DNA of 58,134 bases, counting the filler, from Basidiobolus ranarum (lineage: Eukaryota), in NCBI GenBank assembly GCA_040143965.1. It is 8 parts of 8 records of this genome, joined end to end, with 100 filler letters (N's around TTAATTAATTAA, not from the genome) between each part and the next. Parts side by side here need not be neighbours in the genome. Positions count along the whole stretch, not along the records: positions 21,881 to 29,065 come from JASJQH010008042.1; positions 29,166 to 36,346 come from JASJQH010008043.1; 6 more parts are not named here. One strand, given 5' to 3'. How positions within the stretch are numbered: the first letter of the stretch is position 1; the number at the start of each line of letters is the position of its first letter. The notes beneath the pieces are model-generated. The model saw nothing but the letters and a program-made list of their open reading frames with translations, ran no database searches and was not told the origin of the DNA. This document shows, one piece after another, positions 23,260 to 35,710 of the stretch. A program made the translations under genes and the position numbers.

Positions 23260-24507
23260 ATGCAGTCAATGAATTCTGGAGACCTCTACAAGAAAGAGAA
23301 AATCACTCGATCTGACGGCACCAAGCCACACGTACTTATCATCGGGGGAGGAGTCTCTGGTCTTACTACTGCCTGGACTTTACGTAACGCTGGATGCAAA
23401 GTTACCGTGGTTGCTGAGCAATATACCGAGCTTGGGCCTCAAGATAAGGAAATTGTTTCTGAGATTGCGGGAGCCTTGTGGGAGTGGCCACCAGCCGTAT
23501 GTGGCTCTCATGGTAAAGATACAGATGAACAGTTGAAAAATTTGAAACGGTGGTGCCAAATCTCATATATCCAATTTAAGGACCTTGCCGATAAGCATGG
23601 CGCTAATGACACAGGAATTCGTAAGCGTATGTCATGCTTTTTGTTTGAAAAAGAACTGACGAAGGATGGATTGAAAAAGAAACAAGAAATTGCCAAAATT
23701 TGCGATGGCTTCAACAATGATGTACCAGCATTGATTAAAAAGTATAACTTGAACGCGAATACTGACAGAAAAGGGTTTAACATTGTGGACGCCTATGAAC
23801 ATTTGTCATACGTCGTGGATCCTGAGCAATATCTACATTGGCTAAAAGCGTTGGTGGAGAAGAAGAATGTAGCTCTTCTTCATGGGGTCCTAGAAGACAC
23901 CATCCATGAAGAAGCTCCTGAGTTACTAAGACGTTACAAAGCTGATATCATCATCAATTGTACTGGTATGAGTGCTAGAGAACTATGCCGTGACCAGAGG
24001 ATGAAGCCACTACGTGGAATTCTTATTCATGCCAAGAATGATGGGAAAAAATTCAAGAAGATCGAAAGTTGTATTTCAATCTCTCAACGCGATGCTGACC
24101 TGAACGCCACTGCTGAAGAGAAACTCAAGGCTGAAGAGGGAAGATTTGAGTTCATCGTTCCAAGAAATGACGATATTCTTATCCTGGGAGGCTATGCTCA
24201 AATGGGTAAAGAGAAGCACCATTGGAACGAAAAGAAACACAACTATCTCAAGAAGATGAAGGATGGATGTGTCAATCTTTATCCAGAGTTGGCGAAGGCT
24301 GAATTTACCGATTACTACCACCGTGTTGGTATTCGCCCCTTCCGCGATGAACCTCGCGTTGGTCAGGATGAGAAGGATCCTAGAATATTCCACAACTATG
24401 GTCACGGAGGATCTGGTTATACTCTCTCGTATGGATGTGCACTAGACATTCGCAAGGCCGTAAAGGCTCACTTTGAAAATGTAATCAGACCCCACAGTAA
24501 TTTGTAA
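23260..24507 (+). CDS. FAD-dependent D-amino-acid oxidase-family protein, paralog 1 (415 aa, intronless)
   Basis: VLIIGGGVSGLTTA (GxGxxG), DIIINCTG, P.RG, GIRP and the DAO signature HNYGHGGSGYTLSYGCA; C-terminal SNL is PTS1-like. Confidence 0.88.
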   Translation: MQSMNSGDLYKKEKITRSDGTKPHVLIIGGGVSGLTTAWTLRNAGCKVTVVAEQYTELGPQDKEIVSEIAGALWEWPPAVCGSHGKDTDEQLKNLKRWCQISYIQFKDLADKHGANDTGIRKRMSCFLFEKELTKDGLKKKQEIAKICDGFNNDVPALIKKYNLNANTDRKGFNIVDAYEHLSYVVDPEQYLHWLKALVEKKNVALLHGVLEDTIHEEAPELLRRYKADIIINCTGMSARELCRDQRMKPLRGILIHAKNDGKKFKKIESCISISQRDADLNATAEEKLKAEEGRFEFIVPRNDDILILGGYAQMGKEKHHWNEKKHNYLKKMKDGCVNLYPELAKAEFTDYYHRVGIRPFRDEPRVGQDEKDPRIFHNYGHGGSGYTLSYGCALDIRKAVKAHFENVIRPHSNL

Positions 24508-25078
24508 ATACTGGTTTATACTTTGTCGTTCTGTTGAACACTTTCAAAATATTGCCGATGTTACAAGTAAAACACAAGTCGAATTCAGCATCATTGATGT
24601 TAATAAACATAAATATCAAAGATAATATTATCAAATTTATCTACATAATTAAATATACTGAAATGCCTAGAGCACTGAATGGCCGAAATCAAAGTTATAG
24701 TGAATATCGTGCTCCGAAAAGCTAATCTAAGATCTGAAGGATCTGCCATTTGTTGTCCTTTTTAAAGAAGAAACTATGTTAGAAACTGATTTTAACCAGT
24801 CACTCTGTGTTACACTAAGCTAAGCCATCCACTCACGCAAAATCACTACTTGCGTAGCTTGAGAAGATGATCATAGCGTCAACAGGTGAGGGTGCAGATT
24901 TTAGTTTAAGGAGTAACATTCTGCGTGTTACACAATTTTACCATATGATGCTTACAAACTAGCCAATAGCCTGATTGCAGGATATATAAAGTGCCATCTG
25001 TACTGATGACAGCAACAACATCTCTCTTCCAACACTCACTGAGGTTACCAGAGCTTCAAGCCTATATAACGATCAAAA

Positions 25079-26320
25079 ATGCCTCAAATGAACCCAGGAG
25101 ACCTCTACTGTGAAGACAAAATCTTACGCTCAGACGGCAAGATACCTCATATTCTTATTGTTGGAGGTGGTGTGTCTGGACTTACTACTGCATGGGCATT
25201 ACGTAAATCTGGATGCAAAGTAACTGTTATCGCCAAGCAGTACGCACCCACTCAGCCTGGAAAGGAAAAGCTTATCTCTGAGATGGCTGGGGGTTTATGG
25301 GAGTGGGCACCCTCTGTCTACGGATCTAGCAAGGAACATCTAAACGATTACGAAAATTATAAGCGATGGTGCCAACCATCTTACGTGCAATTTGAAAAAC
25401 TTCATGCGAAGTTTGGGGCGGATGTTACCGGTGTTCGCTCTCGCATGTCCTGCTTCTTGTTTGATAAAAAAATCGAGAACATTGACGAATCTGCCAAACT
25501 AAAGATGCTAGAAATTAAAGAGCATTGCGATGGGTTTTACCGCGGTGTGGACCATCTAGTTGAGAAGTACCGTATCAATACCAATGACAATAAGCTTTAC
25601 AACTTCATCGACGGTTATGAATACTTCTCTTACGTAATCGATCCCAAAAAATACCTGAAATGGTTGAAGAATCACGTGCAGAAACAAGGTGTTCGACTTT
25701 TGAAATTCGAAGTCGTCGGGAATCTTTTGGAGGAAGAGGAAAACCTGTTGGACATGTTCCAAGCTGACGTTATTGTCAATTGTTCTGGATTAGCATCCAT
25801 AGATCTATGCCAAGACAAGCAATTAATCCCGACTCGTAGTATTTTACTACATGCCAAGAATGATGGTGTTAAGTTCCCCATGATTAAGAGCTGCGTCTCT
25901 ATCTACAAATATGATAATGCCAGTGGTAGGAGCGAAGCAAGCCAATGTGGCGATGACCGTTACATGTTTATGGTTCCGCGCAATGATAAAGTAGTTGTTA
26001 TAGGAGGTGCTACCGAAATGCATAACGGTGAAGAGGCTCACAGTGCATCCGAGGCCACTGATCTTATCCAGAAGCAGATGAAACGACTATATCCACAGAT
26101 GGAAAATGCTCAACTCCTTGACTATGACTACCACATTGGAGTTCAGAAGAGTCGCAAGCATCCAAGAGTTGGTCGCGATGATGACAGTACTAAGCTCTTC
26201 CACAACTATGGCCACGGATACTCCCGTTATAGCTTATCATATGGATGTGCCCTCGATATTCGTAAGGCGATTCGACAACACTTTGCTGAGTATAAAATTA
26301 AGAGCCATAGCCATTTGTAA
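25079..26320 (+). CDS. D-amino-acid oxidase-family protein, tandem paralog 2 with altered active-site motifs (413 aa)
   Basis: Colinear with paralog 1 (ILIVGGGVSGLTTAW, AGGLWEW, RMSCFLF, HAKNDG, SYGCALDIRKA); GIRP becomes GVQK and GHGGSG becomes GHGYSR; ends in SHL (PTS1). Confidence 0.85.
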   Translation: MPQMNPGDLYCEDKILRSDGKIPHILIVGGGVSGLTTAWALRKSGCKVTVIAKQYAPTQPGKEKLISEMAGGLWEWAPSVYGSSKEHLNDYENYKRWCQPSYVQFEKLHAKFGADVTGVRSRMSCFLFDKKIENIDESAKLKMLEIKEHCDGFYRGVDHLVEKYRINTNDNKLYNFIDGYEYFSYVIDPKKYLKWLKNHVQKQGVRLLKFEVVGNLLEEEENLLDMFQADVIVNCSGLASIDLCQDKQLIPTRSILLHAKNDGVKFPMIKSCVSIYKYDNASGRSEASQCGDDRYMFMVPRNDKVVVIGGATEMHNGEEAHSASEATDLIQKQMKRLYPQMENAQLLDYDYHIGVQKSRKHPRVGRDDDSTKLFHNYGHGYSRYSLSYGCALDIRKAIRQHFAEYKIKSHSHL

Positions 26321-28394
26321 ATCTAGCTTCAAGCTGTAGCTACTATCAAGATGACATTAACTTTTTAAATAAACCCGATCTTGAAGCAATATTACTAAGC
26401 GTTATCTCATGTTCTACAATATTTTAATTGCTGCGCTCAATAGCTCCTCAGAGCACCAGAGAATTCAGTAAAAGGTAAAGCATAGAAGAAATTAAGGAAG
26501 ACCAGTTTGATTGGCTGATAATGTATATTCTCTCTGGAAAAGACCAACTAGTTGTGATACAGGAAGCTGTGAAATGTTAACGAAGCTATGAGAAGTAGAA
26601 TTTCCCTCGAACAAGTTTATGGGTATTGGAAATTCGAGTGTAAGGAAATCTTTAGTACTCGAGACATTTTAGCGTAGAAAAAAGATATTCAATTAATGTT
26701 TTCAGCAGTATAAATGTTGACTATCAGATTGAATTTTCTTGTATGCCAAGCGAAAGCTTGGATCTCTTCTAACCTTTTGTGAGGAATTTGCAAAGTTCCA
26801 ACTCAATATATTATGGAATATCGAACTCAAATTTGAAACTCAACCTCGGTTGGGGCAATATAGCCACTAGATGTAAGCACATTTTTGAGGCCGTAAAATA
26901 TAGCTCAAAGGGAAGCAATGGTAGATATTACCTCCAAGAGAAAAGGGATATAAAGCCTTGAACTTTACTGTATCAACAAAACACTAAATTGGAAGCCCTT
27001 AGAACTGTGTACGCAAGGGCTATTAGCAGAGCTGGATCAATACAAGTCTTGAGAATAACACACATTTGTTACGTAAAGGGAATATATATTTTGCTACGCT
27101 TTGTATTCTGTGAGATTTGCATTACCGGGCTTATGAAGGAATGCTAGTTGGAAGATGGTATATCTGTTGAGATATATCAAATGGTAGCAAAGAAGGCAGT
27201 TTCTGTTGAGACATTCGCCAAACTAGAAGGAGAAGTTGGCATCATTTACACTTTTTGTAACCAGAAGGATGGCCAGCATCAAGAGGACGGATTGCTCATT
27301 TGCATAAATACAGCTGTTAATTGGATAGATAGATATAGCAAAGCATCAGGCATGTTGCTGCTGAAGTCTGGGCAGTGAAAAACTAGTAAGTAGTGGTTTG
27401 ATGACCAATGTAACCTACTCTCTAGGCGTATGCTTTGCAGAAATTTTAATAAGGAGAATGTAATAGATTTGATGCAAGAAAAGTTTCATGAAAAGTTTTG
27501 GACCTGCTTAGACCAGAAAGGTAAAGTTAGTTCCATATTATGGGAGATTGGAGGATGCAAAATAACTGGGGTGTTACTCCGGAGATATAGCAGTGCTACT
27601 AAGTGGAAGGCTGACTTATATTTTTAGTTAGATTTGCTAGAAACCACATAGGCTAGAATATTGGGTTAAATGATGCTTGCCTTGAAACTAAAAAATGTTG
27701 TCAACTTGCCCGGCATATATATATATATATATATGGTAAAGAGAAATTGCAAAAATATGTAGGGCTAGGGAGACTCAGTCAGTACTTACTCGATGAAGGG
27801 ATAAATTGTATAGATTTACATATTGAGAAATAGAATGATAGACAAATCAGTTTTTGGTAACTAAAGTGTAAAAGAAAATTACTCCGAAAAGCCATATATA
27901 CTAAACTTGGACATTACATCATCATCTTTCTTCCTCAACCTGGCTAACTTGATGCTACAGATCTGATTAAGTCATTAGTGTCATTAGCGATTAATCACGG
28001 TGTGAGATAGCAGGCAATAATCAAGTGATTAGCCTAGCTCGAGTAATATCATATTAACCCATTAAAGCTTTTAGTAGAGGCCGATTGTCATATTATGGAT
28101 TTTAAACGACTTGGGTTGTTGAATAACTTTATTCTTACCTTTCTGGTGACCTAAATATATGTGCAGTGAGCTAAGACCTCTAAAAAAGCATATACTTTTG
28201 TGCTATACAAAAAGCTATATTGGATATCAGGCACTCGAACATGAGTTGAAGGGTTTCGCGACCTCATACACATTATCTCATGCCGCTTTTCACTGATGAA
28301 TAGCAATTATAGAACTAGCAAATGTGTCTACACAGACCTTGACTAACAAATCAAGCGCATTTCACTTTACAGCAGACAGATATTGGTAACTTCA

Positions 28395-29065
28395 TTAATA
28401 AGCAATACAGGACAAGCGAGACCCCAAAAGTGAGAAGATTTCCTTCATAATTCGCTTATCAAATAGCTCCAATGGAATGATAATGAGCTCTTCAAGCTTT
28501 AGACATCTCTCCGCCACTAAAAAGAGCCCTGTTGAAAATTCCGGACAGCGCTGAACAGATAAAACTACAACATTTGGGCAATAACGAGCAATCTCTGCTA
28601 AAGCTGAATAGTTTAGTTAGTCGATCCTATATAAAGCAACTCTCTTTTCTAGGAGTCATATTCAAGCGCACTTACATTCATCCGTCAAAAACCTGTTCTC
28701 TTCGAAGTATATTCTTTCTAGTGAGCCAGTTCTAAGTATCCTTGATAGTGAATAATCTCTCAGTTGATAGCAAGTTTTAATATTGATCTCCCGGAGATTA
28801 TCCCCCAGAGATAATGACACAGTATAAAGTTCTTCGGAAAGGCAGTATCTGATAACTGAGATGTCAAGCGCACGGACCAACAGCCCGTATTGAGTAGTAG
28901 ACATTCCAACAGCACATAATCGCTTAGTGAAGACAAACTTCTCCCAACCACATGTTGAGCAAAATCTAGGTCGCCGGTACAATTTTTTGACTGCATGTGA
29001 AAACCAGATCCGGCAGACGTAGCTCATTGTGCATAGTTCTTTTTGACTTGAAACAAAATTCAAAC
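28395..29065 (-). CDS. F-box/LRR (RNI-like) protein, 5'-truncated at contig edge; exons 29065-28676 and 28603-28395
   Basis: F-box tail LCTMSYVCRIW..AVKKLYRRP, YGLLVRALDIS and Cys-containing LRRs (NLREINIKTC, LAEIARYCPNVVVLSVQRCP, VAERCLKLEEL); GTAAGT...CTAAC...CAG intron. 3' end uncertain. Confidence 0.7.
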
Positions 29066-29165
29066 NNNNNNNNNNNNNNNNNNNNNNNNNNNNNNNNNNN
29101 NNNNNNNNNTTAATTAATTAANNNNNNNNNNNNNNNNNNNNNNNNNNNNNNNNNNNNNNNNNNNN
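29066..29165. other. Artificial contig spacer
   Basis: 44N-TTAATTAATTAA-44N. Confidence 0.98.
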
Positions 29166-31299
29166 CAACTCAACGGGGTGAGCGAAATCTCTATGGCTCG
29201 CACATGGCGTTCAAAAATCAGCCACTCTGAAATTGCCATGTTACCTTATTTTCTTTAACAGATTCTCATGCTCGTATCATTTTCTAGATTCAAATTTTTA
29301 CGTCTGGGTTATACAACCGACCAATTCAGAGCATTCTCTATTCTGATAAACCCACAAGTCGGTACTTATTGGTGCAATGGCAGCTTAAATTCTTGGGCAA
29401 AACTGGTTGGACAAGGATATTTGTGATGTAAGCGTGATCATTAAGTGTTTCTACATTCAAGACTTGGCCTGAGTGGAGTAGAGTTATGTTAGTTCCTTGT
29501 AATCCTTAAGCAGACCGTGAGATATGGCCTGTTACATATCCCAATTAAAAGCAGTACAAGAATCTTTATACGACCTAGTGCAATCATACTGATAAAGCAT
29601 CGATTAAAAGGTGGATGAAACTTGAGAAACGCCACCACCATTACAGAGTGTCGAAATTGAATTTATACTAATCCGCTACACATTCAGTAATCCATTTCCC
29701 TTGGTACCTTCCAGCGTTCATTAGATGCCTACTTCCTAAATAGAGTAGAGCAATCGATTACCTGCTATAACTTGGACCATATTCTGTACAACTTTCTTGG
29801 CTAATAATCTTCTCAACAAAGGTTGGTTGTTTTTACACCATGAAGTGCTACCAACATCACGACCTCTCATTTGGCAGTCGAACGTTGTATCCTTCCATTG
29901 CTGATACTCTTAAACCCGATTTAGGATAAAACCTAACATTTGTTCATGACTGAAAAGTCGCTTGAATATTCTCAAGGGAGAATCAATTTGGAATTTTGTG
30001 CAAGTCGCATATAATCAAATTCCTGCTATCAAATATATGAGTAATCATAAGAAGTTATGAATCAGTTGACGTATATTAGGTTAGCCCATAAGAGGTGAAG
30101 TTAAGGTTTAGAATCGCAAAGATGTTCATATTGAAGCCTTCATATGTGTATCAGAAATAATTTACCCGTCAAGGGCTCTCAGATACACTATATAGGAATT
30201 ACTTATTCCGAGCCACATTTTTAATCTATTAGGCTTTTATACGCATGGTCAGTAGAGTATAATAGCAGGATCCTTGAAGCACCATATAGCTAGGTTCCTA
30301 GTATCGGTATCAGGCGAACATTTGCTCTGGTATCGTCTTCTCAAAATCATAATATTCCATGCGTCCCAGCCAGACTAACCATATATCCAAGTGGGACATC
30401 AATTGGCTTAGTGAGAGTATTAAACCATTTCACTTGTGGCCAAACTGTAAATAACTAATATATCTTGGATTTGTTGGGCAAAGTTGAAACTTCCGAGGTA
30501 TTCTAAAAAATCACCAAAGCCTGAAAAATACAGCTGATATTTCGTTATAAATGTGAAACTGTTCCTCACAAAAGTTATAATAATAATTTAAATATTCACT
30601 GTATATGTTTTATCTTGGCATATAAGTTTGAAAGTATGCATTTTATCATGTCTTATGCTAGTAAGCTTTCTTGTTGACTGTAAGTTTTGCAAATATCTAA
30701 GAGAATATTTCTGTCCGCAAACCTTCAAAGCCCTCCAAATAAACAACTGGTTGCCTATTGAAACCAGGTATGTTTTCTGTCCATGTCCTGAGTTTATTCA
30801 TATAGGCCTACACTAGATACAATGAGATAGGGAACAACCAACAGATATACAGAAGAACCCATACTAAAGCAAAGTTCAACTAGTGTAGATTTGTGAATGT
30901 TCAGAAGAATTGCAACCATATTAAATAATTATTGGGGACTAATAGATATTGAGCAACTACTAACAGGAAAAGGCAACATATTTATGAAATGGTAACCAGG
31001 AATTTATGTTACCTGAGAAAGTAGAGTCTAAAATAATTGTACTCTATTACTTCAAAAGTATAGGGTCCCAACGTAGCAAGAAAATAGTTTGGTAGAGTCA
31101 AGATAAGATGACAAATCTACTATTAACTTTGTATATTGGAGACTGTGTGGAACTATTTGAAGCTCCCTTAGTAATTTTATTCAAACGATGGCAAACAAAA
31201 TAGAATATCTTACAAGTTTATTCAGACTTTACCTTTCAAGAGTAAAATAATACTACGGAATCAAGTGTGGTGCTAATGTCTAACACAGATACACAAGAG

Positions 31300-31625
31300 T
31301 GTTGAAATTAGCATAGCCTGAACATCTATATAGTCATATATAACTTTGTATTTACTTATTCCACATTTCACTAAGATGTAACTCACTATTCTCAAGAGTA
31401 ATATACTTAGAGGTTTTCAGATATATAGATTTTTCAAACTTGTGCTAGAAGCCTCAAACTTTGCACACACGTTCCTGGGACCTTCCTTAACACATTCTAC
31501 ACGTTTGTTTACATATTTACAAAACTATAAATATCAACTTTCTACTCAACAAATCATTAAGTGGAGACCATCAATTCTTCTAGTTCTCCAAGCCACTTCC
31601 ATCAAACTCCCAAAATACTTCAACA
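31300..31625. mobile_element. Solo LTR (opposite orientation to the 47611 copy) with near-perfect TSD AAGAG/AAGTG
   Basis: TGTTGAAATTAGC...AATACTTCAACA; flanks match at 4 of 5 bases. Confidence 0.8.
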
Positions 31626-31917
31626 AAGTGTCAGTTATGGTTAGTAACTTTTCCACCTTGTTCGTATAACTTCTCTCACTAGGAAAATTCCAGTTGATCA
31701 ATAAATATTGGTCTGGATTTGCTTAATTATAGGTAAATCTTATTACGTACGATTGAGTAATTTTCGATATGGTTTTTATTAACTTTACATTTGGACAAGT
31801 CAAAAGTACAGGGAATATGTAGGGTAGAAATTGATCTTAGATATGTTTGAAAATTAAATATTACATGTGTTACAGCAATGACTCCAAGATTAGAGATGAG
31901 GGTTATCAGTCTAAACC

Positions 31918-32364
31918 TTAGTTGCAAACAGTGTAGTTGCCGTTGGGATCTGCGGTCAACTTGAAGTTAGGGGTTTTAGTAGAGCAATCACCGTCATTAC
32001 CGGGGGTACTAGAATAAACACCGAGATAGTATTCTCCTTCTCTTTGCAAACAGAGTGGTACTGAGAGGTTAAAGGTAAGTTGACCGGTAGTAGCATCGAT
32101 ACCAGGGTAGCTACGGAATTGGGTATGGAGGAACTCCTTGGATTTGGCGCTGAAGAGACCGATTTCTCTGATATACTTGACTTGAGACTTTTTAACATTC
32201 CATTTCAAGGTCACAGCATCATTGGCAGCAAACACTGGATTTTGGCCAACAGCGTGTTGGAGTGGTGAAACAGTCCAACCACGACATTTGCTGGAGGATC
32301 CAACTGGTGCAGCAGAGACTTGGGCTGCTAAGGCAACCAAAACGTAAGCGAAGAAGGATTTCAT
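31918..32364 (-). CDS. Small secreted protein of unknown function (148 aa, 4 Cys, probably a beta-sandwich)
   Basis: Signal peptide MKSFFAYVLVALAAQVSA-AP; codon usage like the highly expressed genes here; TATA-like TATATA upstream (~32427-32433); pattern VTLKW...I.L...G.LTF...P....GEYYL.V. Confidence 0.8.
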   Translation of the reverse strand: MKSFFAYVLVALAAQVSAAPVGSSSKCRGWTVSPLQHAVGQNPVFAANDAVTLKWNVKKSQVKYIREIGLFSAKSKEFLHTQFRSYPGIDATTGQLTFNLSVPLCLQREGEYYLGVYSSTPGNDGDCSTKTPNFKLTADPNGNYTVCN

Positions 32365-34634
32365 ATTATACTTTAGATGGGTAGTGAGAGAAGTTATTGA
32401 TGAGATTTAGAGAATCTCAGCACAGTATATATATGCCAACGGATATATGGAGTAATCCGTTTCCCTCGAAAACTGTCATCGGAATATTTGAATCAGCTGA
32501 TTTCGCAGGCTATATTTAGTCTGATGATGGTATGGAGGACTGCTTATGAATCGAGCCAAGAATAATACCTCTGCTGAACATCTCTACTTCGCCGTGTGAT
32601 TGGTGGAATCCAGTAAATCTCTGTTCTTCGATTAAATAAGACTTCTACTCTAGACCAAAAACCGTTCAGTGTCCGAGTTGTCCCATGAATTAGTCGGTGA
32701 TATCAAATATATTAAGCAGCATACCCAACTCCAAACGTTCTTTGTCTATGCTAAATTACGTATACACAGTAAGCGGTATTTTTACATCCGCCAATGACAA
32801 GGGGAATAAGCTTGAAGTTATAAATACACATTGATCATCAGCCTGAAAGCAAACTCCTAACTAAGGAGTATGACTTATATGGTAATACAAAGCCTTCCAA
32901 ATAGCCAAAACCTTACGTCGTTCCCTAAAATGGTGAGCTAAATCAAGCCGCGCCCACAAAGGTTCCCCCAAGAATACTTAAGCGCTCATGTATCAGATCC
33001 GAATTCAGATTTTTAGGGAACAATGATGGACGAAGATATCCAACTGAAAACGTCAACATGCTCTTACGACGAAGGTTCCGTCGCCCAAGACCTAGTAATT
33101 ATTTGTGACTTACTGAATTAGGAAAAGTACAGCTCATCGATTGCAGTCAGGAATAATGTGACCGGCTCCTGAAAGCAGTAGTAACAGTTTGTATGGAGTG
33201 GCGTTATTAGCATTGTCTTTGTTTGACTGCAAAGTCCTCTAACCACTTACAACCTTATTGGCGTTGCTGTATCGGTTTCCTGAGGTCATGAGATCAGTGT
33301 TGAGTATTCTGATAGAGTTAACTAAATGTTCCCAATTCCATTCGCTTCGTTCTTCGTCGGAGTCAGCACGAAAAGAGTACGTCCAACGGAAGTGATTCTA
33401 CTATTTATGGCAAACTCTTGGAGCAGCTCTTTGCCCATCCATCGCGGACACTCTTCGCGAGAGGATACTCATTGAAGTAGCCATGGAACGTAGAGTTCCG
33501 TTGGTGAAAATCATTTGGTAGCGAGGGTGTCGCTGTTTTAATGAAAGAGTGTAATATCATTTGGAGTCTGGCGTTTGAGTCTTGGTTCAGTCACTGATGC
33601 AGAAGGTTGGTTAACCAAATTGAATTGTTCGTAATTTATGGCTAAATTAAAGTGGTGCTTGTTAATATTCGATACTACTTGACAACCGTGACTCAATCTC
33701 GACTATGTTACAGTTCCAGGGTTTTGAATAACTATCAACCTGTTTGACTTCACTTCCACTTCCATGATCCAAACAACATTTGAGGCACCAACGTTGTTAC
33801 TGCAGAGTTGAGGCCTGTAGAGTGGCAACCAATGAATGATGGAGATTCAGATACATTAGTGTACAGTCGTCATCATTCTCCACACATGATGCGGTCCATG
33901 TAAAACCTTCCAAGTTTGTAGGATTGCGGTCCTGGTGACAGCTTGGTGCGAGACAATGATTTACACTGCAGTAACAAAAGGAAGAGACAATCAGCGCATT
34001 CGGCGCAGAAAGACAGGAATCGAGACACAAAGTGAAGCTAGACATATTTTGAAAGCAGGAAAATCTTCCTAAATAATGGTCAATGTTTCAGCATGTATAT
34101 ATTTTAGTCTATGCCTAGTTACACGAATGAAGGGGCTCAAAAGCCCAGTGATGTTCAACCATTAGTATGGTAAGGAATCGGTGATTTGGATTCTTGGTTC
34201 CAATACTGTTCTTGGAATTATTTTACACTGGATTCTTAATATTTGTTAGTTGAAGGATTATTATCTGTATCTCTCAGTCATTACCAGTGTAAGACCTTCG
34301 TTTCTTTAAAGATAGTATATTAGGCTAGGAAGTGGGTAAGCAAGGGCCTTATGACCTGCTTACATTTGGGACTCAGATCCGAAGGCTGATATTACGAATG
34401 TAATGGGCAAAGCTGAGTGCAGGCGTTGCATAGTATTTTTTATTACATACTGTGCAAAAACCAAAGATCCTGGATCACTTTAACAATACACAGACTCGAA
34501 AGTTCACTTTGTTTCGGATCAGATGATACATCTTACTATTTCACTTGTAAATTCAACAGAGTTTATTTGATTTTTCTTATTGTTCACAGTACATATACAT
34601 ATCAGATAACGAAGGAGCAAAACAACTTTAAAAG

Positions 34635-34943
34635 TGTTGACGTATTTTGGGAGTTTGTTGGAAGTGGTTTGGAGAACCAGAAAGAATTGCTGGTTTTCAC
34701 TTATTGATTTATTGAGTGGAAAGTTGGCATTTATAGTTTTGTGAAGGGGTCAACAAACAAGCGTGTAGAAAGAAGGTCCCAGAAACATGCGTGCAAAGTT
34801 TGGAGCCTCTAGGACAAGTTTTTAAAATCTATATATCCTCAAACATCTAGAGAATAGTAGGTGATATTTCTGGGAAATATGGAGTAACTAAATAAAAAGC
34901 TATATATAACTATTTAGATGTTTAGGCTATGTTAATTTCAACA
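34635..34943. mobile_element. Diverged solo LTR
   Basis: TGTTGACGTATTTTGGGAG...GTTAATTTCAACA; TSD not convincing. Confidence 0.75.
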
Positions 34944-35451
34944 GACAGAGCTATTCCATTTGCTTGATAGTTTCATCTTCTCAAGGTGTCACTGCTAGGC
35001 AATGATGTTCTGTTTTCATGGAAAGCAATCACCATGTCAATTGCATGTTTCATGTCATGATACTTGATACCTATATCTTTCATCTCACCAAAGCAAGCTC
35101 AAACTCCAATTGTCCATTCTTCTGAGAAGAAAAAGATATCTCAAACTCGGGCTTGACAATAAAGTTCAGATAGCTAGGCAAACATGTTCCTGCTGGCCAG
35201 GATTTATTTTGAGCACATTGCTAAATAACCTGCATATGCTGTATGTTTAGATGGTAATGGTGGTATTCCCATTAGTCTAGTTAAAAGTCCCCAACCACTC
35301 AGCTTCTATTTAACTTTTTTTCATAAAAAAGAATTGCTATATGTCACTTACACAATCCTTTGATTCTCTTAATAACAATTAGCACAGTTGAAATTTAGAC
35401 GGCTATTGTGAGCCAATATATGCAATCTTGGTACCTGAATCAGTTGCAAGT

Positions 35452-35710
35452 TGTTAGTATTTTGGGAGCCTGCTGGAAGTGGTTTGGAGAATTAGAGAAA
35501 TTAGTATTCAGTTGACATTTATAGTTTTGTCAAGATGCAAACAAACTAACATGTAGAATGTGTTAAGGAAGGTCCCAGGAACATGTGTGCAAAGTTGAAT
35601 AATCCACATATCTGAGAACTTCCAAGTAAATTTCTTATGAGAATAATGGGTGATATCTTTGTTCAATATAGGATAACTAAATACTAAGCAATATATGACT
35701 ATATAGGTTA
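35452..35710. mobile_element. Partial solo-LTR copy
   Basis: TGTTAGTATTTTGGGAGCCTGCTGGAAGTGG...GGAAGGTCCCAGGAACATGTGTGC; internal deletions and no terminal CA. Confidence 0.7.
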
